Of a DNA stretch of 64,000 bases, positions 52,202-62,074 are shown piece after piece (position 1 is the stretch's first letter; each line of letters opens with the position of its first letter). This stretch comes from an uncultured Actinomycetota bacterium. GTDB lineage: Bacteria; Actinomycetota; Actinomycetes; JAHEKZ01. The translations under genes were made by a program, and so were the position numbers. The notes below the pieces were generated by a model. That model was not told the origin of the DNA. It saw only the letters and a list, made by a program, of their open reading frames with translations, and did no database searches. The stretch lies in the NCBI GenBank assembly GCA_963718235.1, contig CAVQYR010000002.1:320001-384000 (forward strand), written 5' to 3'.

Positions 52202-54421
52202 GCAGCTGGGCCAACGATCCCGAACTGGTCGCGACCTTCCGCCAAGAGGTGGAGGACCGGCTCGTCTCGCTGTGTGACGGCCTTCTGAAGCTCGAGGGTC
52301 ACCCGCAGCCCCGACAGCTGGTCGCCGCGCTGTTCCGCGACGCCCACACCGTCAAGGGCTCGGCGAGAATGCTGAGCCTGGACGAGGTCGTCGAGGTGGC
52401 TCACCGCTCGGAGGACCTGCTCGGCGCGGTGCGCGACGGCCGGTTCGAGCCGCGCAAGGACCTCGTCGACCTGCTCCTGATGGCAGCTGAGGGGATCCGG
52501 CGTGGTCTCCCCGGCTCCGAGCGCTCGGTGGCCGCGGACGAGCTGGCAGCGCTGGTCTCCGCCCTCGACCAGGCGCTTTCGGGCATGGACCCGGTCGTGG
52601 TCCCGAGACTGCGGCCACTGTCCGACGAGACCGAAGAGGTCGCGATGGTCGAGAGCGGGCGGGTGCGGACGGGTGAGTCCGTGCGCGTACCGGTCCGTCG
52701 GGTCCACGGGCTGCTCGATGTCGTCGGCGAGGCCGAGCTGGAGTCGCGCAAGGTCGAACGCTACGTCCATGAGCTGGCCGGTCTCTCCGGCGAGCACCTG
52801 CGCCTGGCCCGACAGCTGCGTGCGGCCGCGACCGCGAGCAGCTCTCTTCCCCCGGAGCTCGCGCAGGGGGTCCACGCACTGGTCTCGCTGGGCGACCAGC
52901 TCCAGGCCTCGGTGCGTGAGCTGCGGGGCACCGTCGAGGACGAGCAGAACCGTCTCGCCCAGGTCCGTGAGGGAGCCATGGGCCTGGCCATGGTTCCGGT
53001 CCGTCGGGTCGTCACCGTCTTTCCCCAGCTCGTGCGCGAGCTGGCCACCGAGACGGGCAAGGAGGTCCGCCTCGCGCTGGTCGGGGAGGACGTCGAGCTC
53101 GACACCCGGGTGCTCGACGGCGTCGCCGACGCCCTGCGCCACCTCGTCACCAACGCGGTCGACCACGGATGTGAGCCGCCGGCCGAGCGGACCGCGGCTG
53201 GCAAGCCGGCCTCGGCCACGGTGACCGTCTCGGCCAGGGCGTCCGGCTCGACCGTCGTGATCGAGGTCGCCGACGACGGCTACGGCATCGACGAGACGCA
53301 GCTTCGCGCGGCGGCGATCGAACGAGAGCTCCTGGCAAGCGACTCCCTGCTGTCGGGCCAGCAGCTGCTCCAGGTGCTCTTCCACCCGGGGTTCTCCACC
53401 CGGGAGGAGGTCACGCAGACCTCCGGACGCGGGGTCGGCCTCGACGTCGTCCTCACCGCGGTGGAGGAGCTCGGTGGCACGATCGAGGTCGAGACCCAGC
53501 CAGGGACGGGCACGTCGTTCATCATGACCCTCCCAGTGACGTTGGGTGTCATGCGCTGCCTGGTCGCACGCCTGGGTGAGGAGCGCTACGCCGTACCCGT
53601 CACCAACGTCGTCGAGACGCTGAGCCTGACCGACGTGGCGATGTCGACGGTCGCCGGAGCGCCCGTCCTCGTCCGGCACGGGACCACGGTGCCGCTCGCC
53701 GACCTGGGCCGGGCCCTGGGGGTGCCCGGCGAGCGTGAGACCCGGGTCGGCGTCGTGGTGCGCTACGGCGGTGCCGGCGAGCAGCTCGCCTGGGCCGTCG
53801 ACGCCCTGGAGGGCGAGCTCGAGCTCGTCGTGAAGGACCTGGGTCGCTTTCTCGGCCGCCCACCGTTCATCGGTGGCGGGACGATCGACAGCGACGGCAG
53901 CGTGATGCTGCTGCTCGACATCCGCGAGCTCGCAGTGGAGCAGCTCACCCATGGCACGCCCACTCGACCTGGCCCGACCGGTCCCTCGGGCGACGGCATC
54001 GACCGAGGACGCGCCACCGGCACGGTCGACGGCGACCGGCGGGACCGCCAGGAAGGCCCGGGTGCTCGTCGTCGAGGACTCCGTGGGGGTCCGGGAGCTC
54101 CAGCGCGTGATCCTCGAGGGAGCCGGCTACGACGTCGTGACCGCCGTCGACGGAACCGACGGGGCGGCCCGGCTGACCGGAGACCCGGTCGACCTCGTGC
54201 TCTCCGACGTGGAGATGCCGGGCATGGACGGCTTCACCCTCACCCGGGCCATCCGGCGCAGCCGAAGCTGGCAGAACGTACCGGTCGTCATCATGACCTC
54301 CCGGGGCGACGAGGCGGACCAGCGCGCGGGCATGGACGCCGGCGCCAACGCCTACCTGCTGAAGAGCGAGTTCGACCAGTCAGAGCTCGTGGACACCGTC
54401 CGTCGGCTGGTCGGCAGGTAG
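52198..54421 (+). CDS. cheA: CheA-REC hybrid kinase (FrzE/WspE-like architecture), apparent +1 frameshift at ~53959
   Basis: HPt [38 protein letters not shown], CheW-like P5 domain; REC (VLVVEDS...[11 protein letters not shown]...LLKS) lies in the +1 frame. Confidence 0.9.
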
Positions 54422-54439
54422 TCCGAAACGACCATCTCG

Positions 54440-54476
54440 GGCCGGTCGGCTCAGGTCCCGGCCCGGTCGGGCCGAA
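54440..54476 (+). promoter_or_regulatory. CTCA-N17-GCCGAA sigma28-like promoter with degenerate GGCCGGTCGG box
   Basis: CTCA 54450-54453, GCCGAA 54471-54476, upstream of SD GAAAGG and ATG 54508. Confidence 0.5.
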
Positions 54477-54507
54477 GCATCCTGGAGACAACGAGAAAGG
54501 GCACCTG

Positions 54508-55467
54508 ATGCCGACCGTGGTGATTGCCGACGACAGCCCGGTAGTACGTTCGATCGTGCGGAAAGTGCTCGCGACCGAGGGGTTCGACGTCGTCGAGGCC
54601 GAGGACGGTGTTCTTGCCGTGCAAGCCGTCTTCCGCACCATGCCCGATGCGATCGTGCTCGACGTGCAGATGCCACGGGTGTCCGGCTATGTCACGGCCC
54701 GCCTGCTCAAGGACGACTGGCGGACCGCTGACATCCCGGTCCTGCTCCTGACCTCGCTGGACGCCGCCTCCGACCGCTACTGGGGAGACCGGGTCGGGGC
54801 CGAGCGGTTCCTCACCAAGGACTTCGAGGCCCCCGAGCTCGTCGCGGCGGTGCATGAGGTGCTCGAGAGTGCCGACGCGGCCCGTGGTGGTCGCCCGCCC
54901 CTGCGCCCTGAGCCGGTCGAGATGACCGATGACGACGTGTTCGGCAGCGTCAGCGACATCCTGGACCGCAAGCTGTTCGAGTCATCAATCGCCTCAGAGG
55001 TGATGGGCATCGCTGCGGATGCGAACGGCTTCGAGGCAACGATCGCGCAGGTGCTCGAGGTGCTGAGTCGGGTGGTCGACTACGACCTGGCCGCGGTCTT
55101 GATGCTGGACGACCGGTCGACCTACATCCGGGTGGCGCGCGAGACCTCCCACCAGCAGTACGCGGAGTTCTTCGACGCCGTCGCCGATGCCGTCTCCGAC
55201 TCCACCGGGCAGCGCGTCGCGCCGTCCGACCTGCAGGCGAGAGTGGCCGACCCGGACCGCAACCTGGGCGCCGACGACGAGGGAGAGATGGCAACGTTCT
55301 TGTCGATGCCGCTGAAGTCCGCGGGTGGGATGGTCGGTCTTCTGGCCCTGTCGAGTGCGAGCACGAACGCCTTCGGTGAGACGTCGCTGAACACGCTTCG
55401 GCTGGTCAGCTCGCCGGCGGGCATCGTGGTGGCGAACGCTCGGTATGCAGGGGCACAGGTTCTCTGA
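54508..55467 (+). CDS. Response regulator REC + GAF-like domain, no enzymatic output domain
   Basis: VIADDS...VLDVQMPRVSG...LLTS...LTK; C-terminal FLSMPLKSAGGMVGLLAL GAF-like region. Confidence 0.85.
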   Translation: MPTVVIADDSPVVRSIVRKVLATEGFDVVEAEDGVLAVQAVFRTMPDAIVLDVQMPRVSGYVTARLLKDDWRTADIPVLLLTSLDAASDRYWGDRVGAERFLTKDFEAPELVAAVHEVLESADAARGGRPPLRPEPVEMTDDDVFGSVSDILDRKLFESSIASEVMGIAADANGFEATIAQVLEVLSRVVDYDLAAVLMLDDRSTYIRVARETSHQQYAEFFDAVADAVSDSTGQRVAPSDLQARVADPDRNLGADDEGEMATFLSMPLKSAGGMVGLLALSSASTNAFGETSLNTLRLVSSPAGIVVANARYAGAQVL

Positions 55468-55519
55468 GGGCGCCCGGCGCCCCTGAGCGTCCTGCATGGT
55501 ACGCAGGTAGGGTCGCGCC

Positions 55520-56051
55520 GTGAGCAACAGCGGAGACACCACGAGACGACGACTTCCGCGAGGTCGTGAGCCGGTTCGCCACGGGGATCACCGTGGTGAC
55601 GTGCGTCGACGCGGCCGGGGTGGACCACGCCATGACAGCCAGCTCGTTCGTCCCGCTCTCGCTCGACCCCTTGCTCGTCTCGGTGTGCGTGGAGGGCGAC
55701 TCGAGGTTCCATGCGGCGCTGGCGAGCACCGACCACTGGGCCGTGTCCATTCTCGCGTCGACCAGCGAGGACGCCGCGCGATGGTTCGCCACTCGCGGAC
55801 GACCGCTGGCCGGGCAGCTGGAACGGACGACGTACCACCGCGGGCAGCACAGCGGCGCGGCCGTCCTCGACGACGCGCTGGCCGGCCTCGAGTGCGCGAC
55901 CTGGGCCACCTACAACGGCGGGGACCACGACATCGTCGTCGGCCAGGTGATGGGCCTGGAGCTGCTGCGCGAGGAGTCCGAGCCGCTGGTCTACTTCCGT
56001 CGAGGGTTCCGACGGTTGGTCGATCCCGGAATCCAGCCACCTGTCGCCTAG
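55520..56051 (+). CDS. Flavin reductase-like protein (apparent +1 frameshift near 55544)
   Basis: DDFREVVSRFATGITVVT, SLDPLLV, GGDHDIVVG, PLVYFR; TAGGGT -10 before GTG 55520, which is out of frame with the body. Confidence 0.85.
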
Positions 56052-56090
56052 GCTGGGGGAGCCCCGTCTCGCCCAGTCGTTCGGATCCCT

Positions 56091-57920
56091 GTGAACTCAG
56101 TGCACCACGCCCGCCCGCAACCCGACCCCGAGCACCACCACGCTCGCCCGAGGCGCTGGGTGCGCCCCGCCCTCCTCGTCGCCGGTGCCGCGGTGGCACT
56201 GTGCGCCGTCGGCTACGTGGTCGCCTGGACGATGGTCGGCTCCGACATCCCGCGTGGGGTCACCGTCGCAGACGTTCCGATCGGCGGGCTGTCCCCGGCG
56301 GCCGCCGAGGACCGGCTGGTGGAGGAGCTCGGACCACGATCGACCACGGTGCAGGTGAGTGTCCAGGGCGACGACGTCACGGTCGAGGCCCAGCAGGTGG
56401 GTCTGGCCTTCGACCCTTCCGGCACGGTCGCCGCTGCCGGCGAACGAAGCCTGAACCCGTTCCGGCTCGTCCCGCAGCTGTTCGGTCGGGAGGTGGCCCC
56501 TCGGCTCGTCGTCGACGACGCCTCGCTCGACCGGGCGGTCGACCGCCTGGCCCGATCCGTCGACGACGACCCGCGCCAGGGTGGGGTTCGCTACGACGGG
56601 CTCGACATCGTGGCCGTCGTTCCCCGATCCGGAGTCGCCCTGGACCAGGAGGCGGCTCGGGAGGACATCCTCGCCGGCTACATCGTGACCGACGGACCGA
56701 TCGACCTGCCCATGGTGACCGTCGAGCCGGCTGTGACCGCCGAGGAGGTCGCCCGGGTGGCCCAGGGCCCCGCCGTGGAGGCCATCAGCGCGCCCGTGAC
56801 TCTGACCGTGGCGCGCGAGGAGCTCGTGGTCAGTCCCGCGCTGATCGCCCGCACGCTGGCGTTCGTGCCCCAGGGGGGTGCTCTGGTGCCGAAGGTCGAC
56901 GGCGCCGCCGTCCACGAGGCGTTGGCCAAGGACCTCGCCCCGGCGGAGAAGCCGGCGGTCGACGCCACGTTCGAGATCAGCAAGGGCCGCCCCGAGGTCG
57001 TGCCGTCCCGCGACGGCGAGGGGGTCGACGACGCGGAGATCGCCCGCGTCCTGGCGGCGGCGGCACTGCCCGAGCCGGGCGGCGCGCGCGAGGGCGAGCT
57101 GACCTTGTCCCCCCAGCCCGCCTCGCTGACCACCAAGGAGGCCCGTGGGCTCGGTGTGAAGCGCGTGATCTCCTCGTACACGCAGTACTTCCCTTATGCG
57201 GCCTACCGGGTCACGAACATCGGCATCGCGGCGCAGAAGATCAACGGCACGGTGCTGAAGCCGGGCGACGTGTTCTCGCTGAACGGGATCGTCGGTGAGC
57301 GAACGCCGGAGAACGGCTTCGTCAAGGGGTACGTGATCGCCAGCGGCAACCGGCTCGTCGAGGACTACGGCGGCGCCGTCTCGACGATCACGACCGCCAC
57401 CTGGCACACCGCCTTCTACGCCGGGATGACCAGGCTCGAGCAGCGGGCGCACGGGTACTGGATCTCGAGGTACACCGCAGGACTGGAGGCGACGGTCTCG
57501 TGGGGCTACCTCGACCTGAGGTTCCGCAACGACACGCCCCACGGCGTGCTCATGACGGCGAGTGTCACCGACTCGAGTGTCACGGTGACGATGTGGAGCA
57601 CCAAGTACTGGGACATCGACGCCGAGTTCGGGCCGCGCACGAACGTGGTCGGCCACGGAACCGTCTACGACACTGGTTCGGAGTGTGTGGCGCAGGACGG
57701 CGTCGACGGGTTCGACATCGTGGTGACCCGGGTATGGAGCCGCGACGGCACCGTCGAGCGGCGCGAGCCGCTGAAGACCCACTACGCCCCGGCGCCTACG
57801 GTGAACTGCTCGGCGCCTCCCGGTCCCAAGCCGAGCGACAAGCCGACGCCCAAACCCAGTGACAAGCCGACGCCCAAACCCAGTGACAAGCCGACGCCGA
57901 AGCCTTCGCCCTCTCAGTAG
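56091..57920 (+). CDS. VanW-family protein with peptidoglycan-binding-like domains
   Basis: N-terminal TM, NIGIAAQKINGTVLKPGDVFSLN, GGAVSTITTA, GLEATVSW, DLRFRND. Confidence 0.88.
   Translation: MNSVHHARPQPDPEHHHARPRRWVRPALLVAGAAVALCAVGYVVAWTMVGSDIPRGVTVADVPIGGLSPAAAEDRLVEELGPRSTTVQVSVQGDDVTVEAQQVGLAFDPSGTVAAAGERSLNPFRLVPQLFGREVAPRLVVDDASLDRAVDRLARSVDDDPRQGGVRYDGLDIVAVVPRSGVALDQEAAREDILAGYIVTDGPIDLPMVTVEPAVTAEEVARVAQGPAVEAISAPVTLTVAREELVVSPALIARTLAFVPQGGALVPKVDGAAVHEALAKDLAPAEKPAVDATFEISKGRPEVVPSRDGEGVDDAEIARVLAAAALPEPGGAREGELTLSPQPASLTTKEARGLGVKRVISSYTQYFPYAAYRVTNIGIAAQKINGTVLKPGDVFSLNGIVGERTPENGFVKGYVIASGNRLVEDYGGAVSTITTATWHTAFYAGMTRLEQRAHGYWISRYTAGLEATVSWGYLDLRFRNDTPHGVLMTASVTDSSVTVTMWSTKYWDIDAEFGPRTNVVGHGTVYDTGSECVAQDGVDGFDIVVTRVWSRDGTVERREPLKTHYAPAPTVNCSAPPGPKPSDKPTPKPSDKPTPKPSDKPTPKPSPSQ
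57825..57908 (+). repeat. 24-bp coding repeat (PKPSDKPT)x3.5
   Basis: Direct reading of the VanW tail. Confidence 0.9.
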
Positions 57921-58055
57921 TGTCGGTTCGACGGTCGTCTCCCATCGACCTTGCGATCCTGGTGCCGTACGTGACGTGCCGCGGCAACCTCGGCTTCGAG
58001 GTCACCGATCCGCCGTTTCGGCGCGGGCCCGGACAGGGCGAGCTACGGTGCACGG

Positions 58056-58592
58056 ATGACCGAACGAGAGGTCCGGACGCTGGACCCGATAGCTGAGACC
58101 CCGGAGGTGGGTCGGTGGCTGTCTGCCATGGAGGACGCGCGCCGCGACACCCTGCGTGAACTGGTAGGGGTGTCAGACGACTTGATCGATCTCCGCCCCC
58201 CGGGCAGCGAGAACAGCGTCGGAACGGTGCTCTACCACGTTGCACTCATCGAGGCGGACTGGTTGTTCGATGACCTCTTCGGCATCCCGCTGGACGACTC
58301 GGAGGTCGCGGCGTGGTTCCCCGAGGACGACCGTGACCCCGGGGGCCAACTCACCGACGTTCAAGGCGAATCACTGGACCTGCACCTGCGGCGGCTGGCG
58401 GCTGTTCGTGAGCTCTTGATCGAGCGGCTCTGGCCGATGTCGGTCGCCGACTTCCATGCGCCACGCACCCGTGACCAGTACGACGTCTCGCCGGCGTGGG
58501 TGATTCACCACTTGCTCCAACATGAGGCTGAGCATCGCGGCGAGATCGGATGGCTCAAGAGGCACCTGGCGCCGGCATCCGGAGAGCGATGA
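58056..58592 (+). CDS. DinB-family protein
   Basis: SVGTVLYHVALIEADW, HLLQHEAEHRGEI; TACGGT -10 six nt upstream. Confidence 0.85.
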   Translation: MTEREVRTLDPIAETPEVGRWLSAMEDARRDTLRELVGVSDDLIDLRPPGSENSVGTVLYHVALIEADWLFDDLFGIPLDDSEVAAWFPEDDRDPGGQLTDVQGESLDLHLRRLAAVRELLIERLWPMSVADFHAPRTRDQYDVSPAWVIHHLLQHEAEHRGEIGWLKRHLAPASGER

Positions 58593-59081
58593 CAGTCGGC
58601 CGCGGCTAGGAGTCGGTCGATGGGAGAACCTGCCACACGCCGCTCCCTCTCTCACGCCATCGACGGGGACACCGAGTTGGCCTACCAGGGCCACCTGTGA
58701 CAGGTGCTCCCCGAACCGGCGCCACCCACGAGCACCACATCTGGGACGTGGCTCGACTGTGGGACTGGATCGCCGATCAGACGGACCCAGTGACGTTCTA
58801 ATGCGGTGGCTCACGCAGCTTCTGCAAGTTCGTTGCCCCGTTCGACGGCATCTACGTGCTCCAGATCGACATCACCTTGACCCAGCGCCTGGACTGACGG
58901 CCAGTGGACGATTGGGGTGGCAGACCGGCGGAACGGGAACTCATCGTGCGCCTGCACCGAACGCAGGAGGACGGCCCAGGGGAGGCCATCGTCATCGACG
59001 TAGAACGGCACCAAGGCGCTCGGCGAGCAGCGTCTGATCGGACGTGAACAGATTGGCACGTTTGGGCGGTCGGTGGCTGAC

Positions 59082-60071
59082 TCAGCCGGCGCCGCACGAG
59101 ACCAGGATCTTGCCTGAACGCCCGCCGCGTGCGGCGTGCGCTACTGCCTCCTTGAGTCTGCTCAGCGGGTAGACCTCCTCGACCTCGACGGCGAGGGCAC
59201 CGTCGGCGAGCTTTGACGCCAGCATCCGGTACAACGTCGCGATCTCATCCGGCGGCGTCTCCGCGAACCAGCGGCGCAGCCAGAAGCCGGTCAAGGTCAC
59301 GCCACGGAAGATCAACTCGCGCCCGTCGATCATCGAGGACTCGCCACTCAGGACGCCGTAGTTCACCACGGTGCCGCCATCGGTCAGGCAATGCGCCAGG
59401 CGCTGGGTGGCCGCCCCACCGACCGCGTCGAGGGCGAGCGGCACGACGCCGTCGCCGATCGCATCGCGGACGCGGGCAGCCAGTTCTGGGCCATCGAGGA
59501 CGACGACGTCAGTCCCCGCATCGCGCAGTGGCTCGATCAGTTGCGGCCGGCGGACCACGCTGATGGTCCTCATACCGATCTCGCGGGCGAGCTCGACGAC
59601 GAGGCGCCCGACTCCGGAGTTCGCGGCGTTCTGCACCACCCAGTGACCGGGCTCGGGAGCGACGTACTGGTGCAGCAGTAGATATGCGGTGGGCGGGTTG
59701 ACCCTCAGCATGGCGAGCTGGCGAGGGTCGACCCCGGCGGGCAGCGCAAACAGGGAGGCGGCGTTACCGACCACCCGATCCCGCCAGGTGCCGGGACCGG
59801 GCAGCAACACCCGATCGCCGGGCTCCAGGTGCGTCACGCCCGGGCCGACCATCGCTACCAGCCCGACCCCTTCTGTGCCGACGACCATCGGAAGGTCCGG
59901 CGGCGTCGCGCCGTAGTTCCCTGCCACGTTCTCCAGGTCAGCCGGATTGACCGGGAACAGCTCCGCCTCGATCAGCACCTCACCGGCACCAGGTTCGCCC
60001 GGATCGGGCTGCTCGACGAGCTCGATCACCTCGTCGGCTCGGCCAAACCTCGACAACTGAGCAACCAGCAC
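59082..60071 (-). CDS. MDR-family NADPH enoyl-thioester reductase-like oxidoreductase
   Basis: VNPADL, GTEGVG, RVNPPTAYLLL, QNAANSGVG, LDAVGG, GFWL. Confidence 0.88.
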   Translation of the reverse strand: MLVAQLSRFGRADEVIELVEQPDPGEPGAGEVLIEAELFPVNPADLENVAGNYGATPPDLPMVVGTEGVGLVAMVGPGVTHLEPGDRVLLPGPGTWRDRVVGNAASLFALPAGVDPRQLAMLRVNPPTAYLLLHQYVAPEPGHWVVQNAANSGVGRLVVELAREIGMRTISVVRRPQLIEPLRDAGTDVVVLDGPELAARVRDAIGDGVVPLALDAVGGAATQRLAHCLTDGGTVVNYGVLSGESSMIDGRELIFRGVTLTGFWLRRWFAETPPDEIATLYRMLASKLADGALAVEVEEVYPLSRLKEAVAHAARGGRSGKILVSCGAG

Positions 60072-60126
60072 GGCTATCTCCCTCGAAACCGGCCCGCACG
60101 GACAGGCTCGATCATGCCCCGGCGGT

Positions 60127-60543
60127 CTAGCGAGCGGAGTCCTCAGGTTCCGAAGCGCGGCCCGTGACCGCAGTCAGGTCGGCGATCTCCCATGCTTCGG
60201 CGACCTTCCCGTCGCGGAGGTGGGTGATCACTGCCTGGTCAATGCGGAATCGGCGTCCGGTGGCCTCAACGCCGCCGAAGCCCGCCGCCAAGGTGCCGGT
60301 GACCACGACGCGAGCCATCTCAACGTCTCCGTCGACGAGGACCTCCTGAACATCGTGGAGTAAGTCTGGAACCGCTGCCCTGGCCTCCTTCCAGACCGCC
60401 TTCTCCGCTGCTGCGCTGGTCGTCGACAGGCCGCCGGGGGCGTGGACAGTCACGTCAGAGTGGAGCAGTTCGTCGAACACGTCGAGCTGTCCAGCGTCGC
60501 CAGCGGCGAGCCACTGGGCGACGACGCTGCTCTTCCGGTCCAT
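60127..60543 (-). CDS. SnoaL-like ester cyclase family protein
   Basis: AVPDL, VDGD, TGT, ATGRRF, DGKVAEAW pattern. Confidence 0.82.
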   Translation of the reverse strand: MDRKSSVVAQWLAAGDAGQLDVFDELLHSDVTVHAPGGLSTTSAAAEKAVWKEARAAVPDLLHDVQEVLVDGDVEMARVVVTGTLAAGFGGVEATGRRFRIDQAVITHLRDGKVAEAWEIADLTAVTGRASEPEDSAR

Positions 60544-60607
60544 GCAGACAGCATCGGGTCAGACGGCTCGTCATCGCAAGAGCGACCGCGAACGGTTCCC
60601 CTCTGTG

Positions 60608-61773
60608 TCAAGAAGCTGCTTTCGTGGGGCGTCTGGTCGGCGTAGCCTCGGCGGTGAACCCGGGTTGTGGCTTGTCCGAAGTGTTGGCTTTGGGGATCTG
60701 GTCAACCGCGCTGGCTGTGAGTGTCGCCCCCATCTGCCCTCCCGGGTTCGTCCTTGCCTGGTCCTCGAGCAAGACGCGGAAGACGACGTCGGACAGCTGC
60801 CGTTTCAGGCTGCGTAGCGCGCCCATGTGGCCCTTCTGCGGCGGCGAGCTTGCGCTCGTAGTAGGCGCGCCCGCGGGGGTCGTGGCGCTTGTTGGCCATC
60901 GCGGCGATGTGCAGCGCGGAGTTCAGCCTGCGGTTGCCGGCCCGGGAGAGTCGGTGTCGGACGATCTCACCGCTCGATGCCTCGATCGGTGCGGTTCCGG
61001 TGTAGGTGGCGAAGTTGTCTGCGGTGGCGAACCGGGCCACGTTGCCGACCTCGCCGATGATGGTCGCTGCGGTGACCGCGGCGACCCCGACGATGTCGGT
61101 CAGGTGCGTCCCGGTCGCAGCGACGGCATCGCTCGAGCCGAGCCTCCATGGATTTGATCTTGCGGTCCAGGACGACGACATCGTCGATGAGGTCGACCGC
61201 GAGCTGACGTCGGGCCTTGCCGACGGCATCACGCGGGCGCACGGTCGCGACCAACGCCTTGGCCTGGGCAACGCTGAGCGCCTTGGGAGCCCCGGAAGCA
61301 ATGAGCTGCATAAAGATCTGGTGCAGCCGGTTCACCGCTTGAGTCCGTGACCGGACCAGGTCGCGGCGGCGCTCGGACATCAACTTCAACGCGACCGTCT
61401 CGTCATCGAGGCTGACTTCCCGCAGCCCCGGGCTGCGCAGTCCGACCACAGCGACGGCATGCGCGTCAGCGGGGTCGTTCTTGCGACCATGGCCCGTGTC
61501 CATGGCACGGACCCGCGTCGACAGCTTCGCCGGGACGTCGAGGACCCGCTCACCATCGGAGACCAGGCGCTGCGCGAGATGCAGACCGACACCGGTCGCG
61601 CCCTCGATCACCCAGAACCGGTCCGGCCACTTCCTCGCCAGCGCACGCATCTCCCGATACCCGACCGTGGAGTTGTCGAACCGCCCCGTGGCCAACGTCT
61701 TCTCCGAAGCGTTGATCACCTCGATCGTGTTCGACCGCTTCGCCGGATCCACACCGATCAGCACTGCACCCAT
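60608..61773 (-). pseudogene. IS110 recombinase/transposase split by two +1 frameshifts (~61135, ~60837)
   Basis: IGVDPAK, VIEG, KNDPADA; GTAPIEASSG..RHRLSRAGNRRLN; ALRSLKRQLSDVVF spread over three frames. May be intact in vivo. Confidence 0.85.
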
Positions 61774-61779
61774 CCCGCG

Positions 61780-61990
61780 CTCCACTCATCGAAGGAGAGA
61801 CGGGAGGGCATGCCTACCTCGGGCGACGCAGACCCCTCTTGAGCCACTTCCCGTCCACGATGGCCGGCAGGACGCACTCCGCTCTAGAGCCACACGAATC
61901 ACCCCGCGAGCAGGCACTTCGAGAGCGACCCGCCGACCACCTGACCCCCAGCCTGGCCGGGCCGGGAGCTGACCGCAGTCAACAGGTAGG
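61780..61990 (-). ncRNA. Candidate IS110 bridge RNA / non-coding end
   Basis: Non-coding region 5' of the recombinase containing short matches to both element ends. Confidence 0.5.
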
Positions 61991-62074
61991 CACATCGCGT
62001 TCGCCCTCAGGGGAGGCCAGGTACCAAGCGTTCAGGGAAGCGCGCCAGCAGCGTGGTGGCCGTAGATTCCCAGG

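Larger units (their letters stand above)
60593..61996 (-). mobile_element. IS110-family insertion sequence (ends approximate)
   Basis: DEDD recombinase gene, ~220-bp non-coding 5' end, outward TTGACA at the 3' end (60611-60606), no terminal IRs seen. Confidence 0.85.

Noticed and set aside
52198-55467. 1089-aa CheA-REC-GAF single ORF
   Set aside because: The middle ~185 aa are low-complexity off-frame translation of a proper REC domain, and the last part has its own SD and promoter-like motif.
55520-57298. 592-aa Arg-rich ORF
   Set aside because: Off-frame overlap of the flavin reductase and VanW genes; only its first codons are probably the real reductase start.
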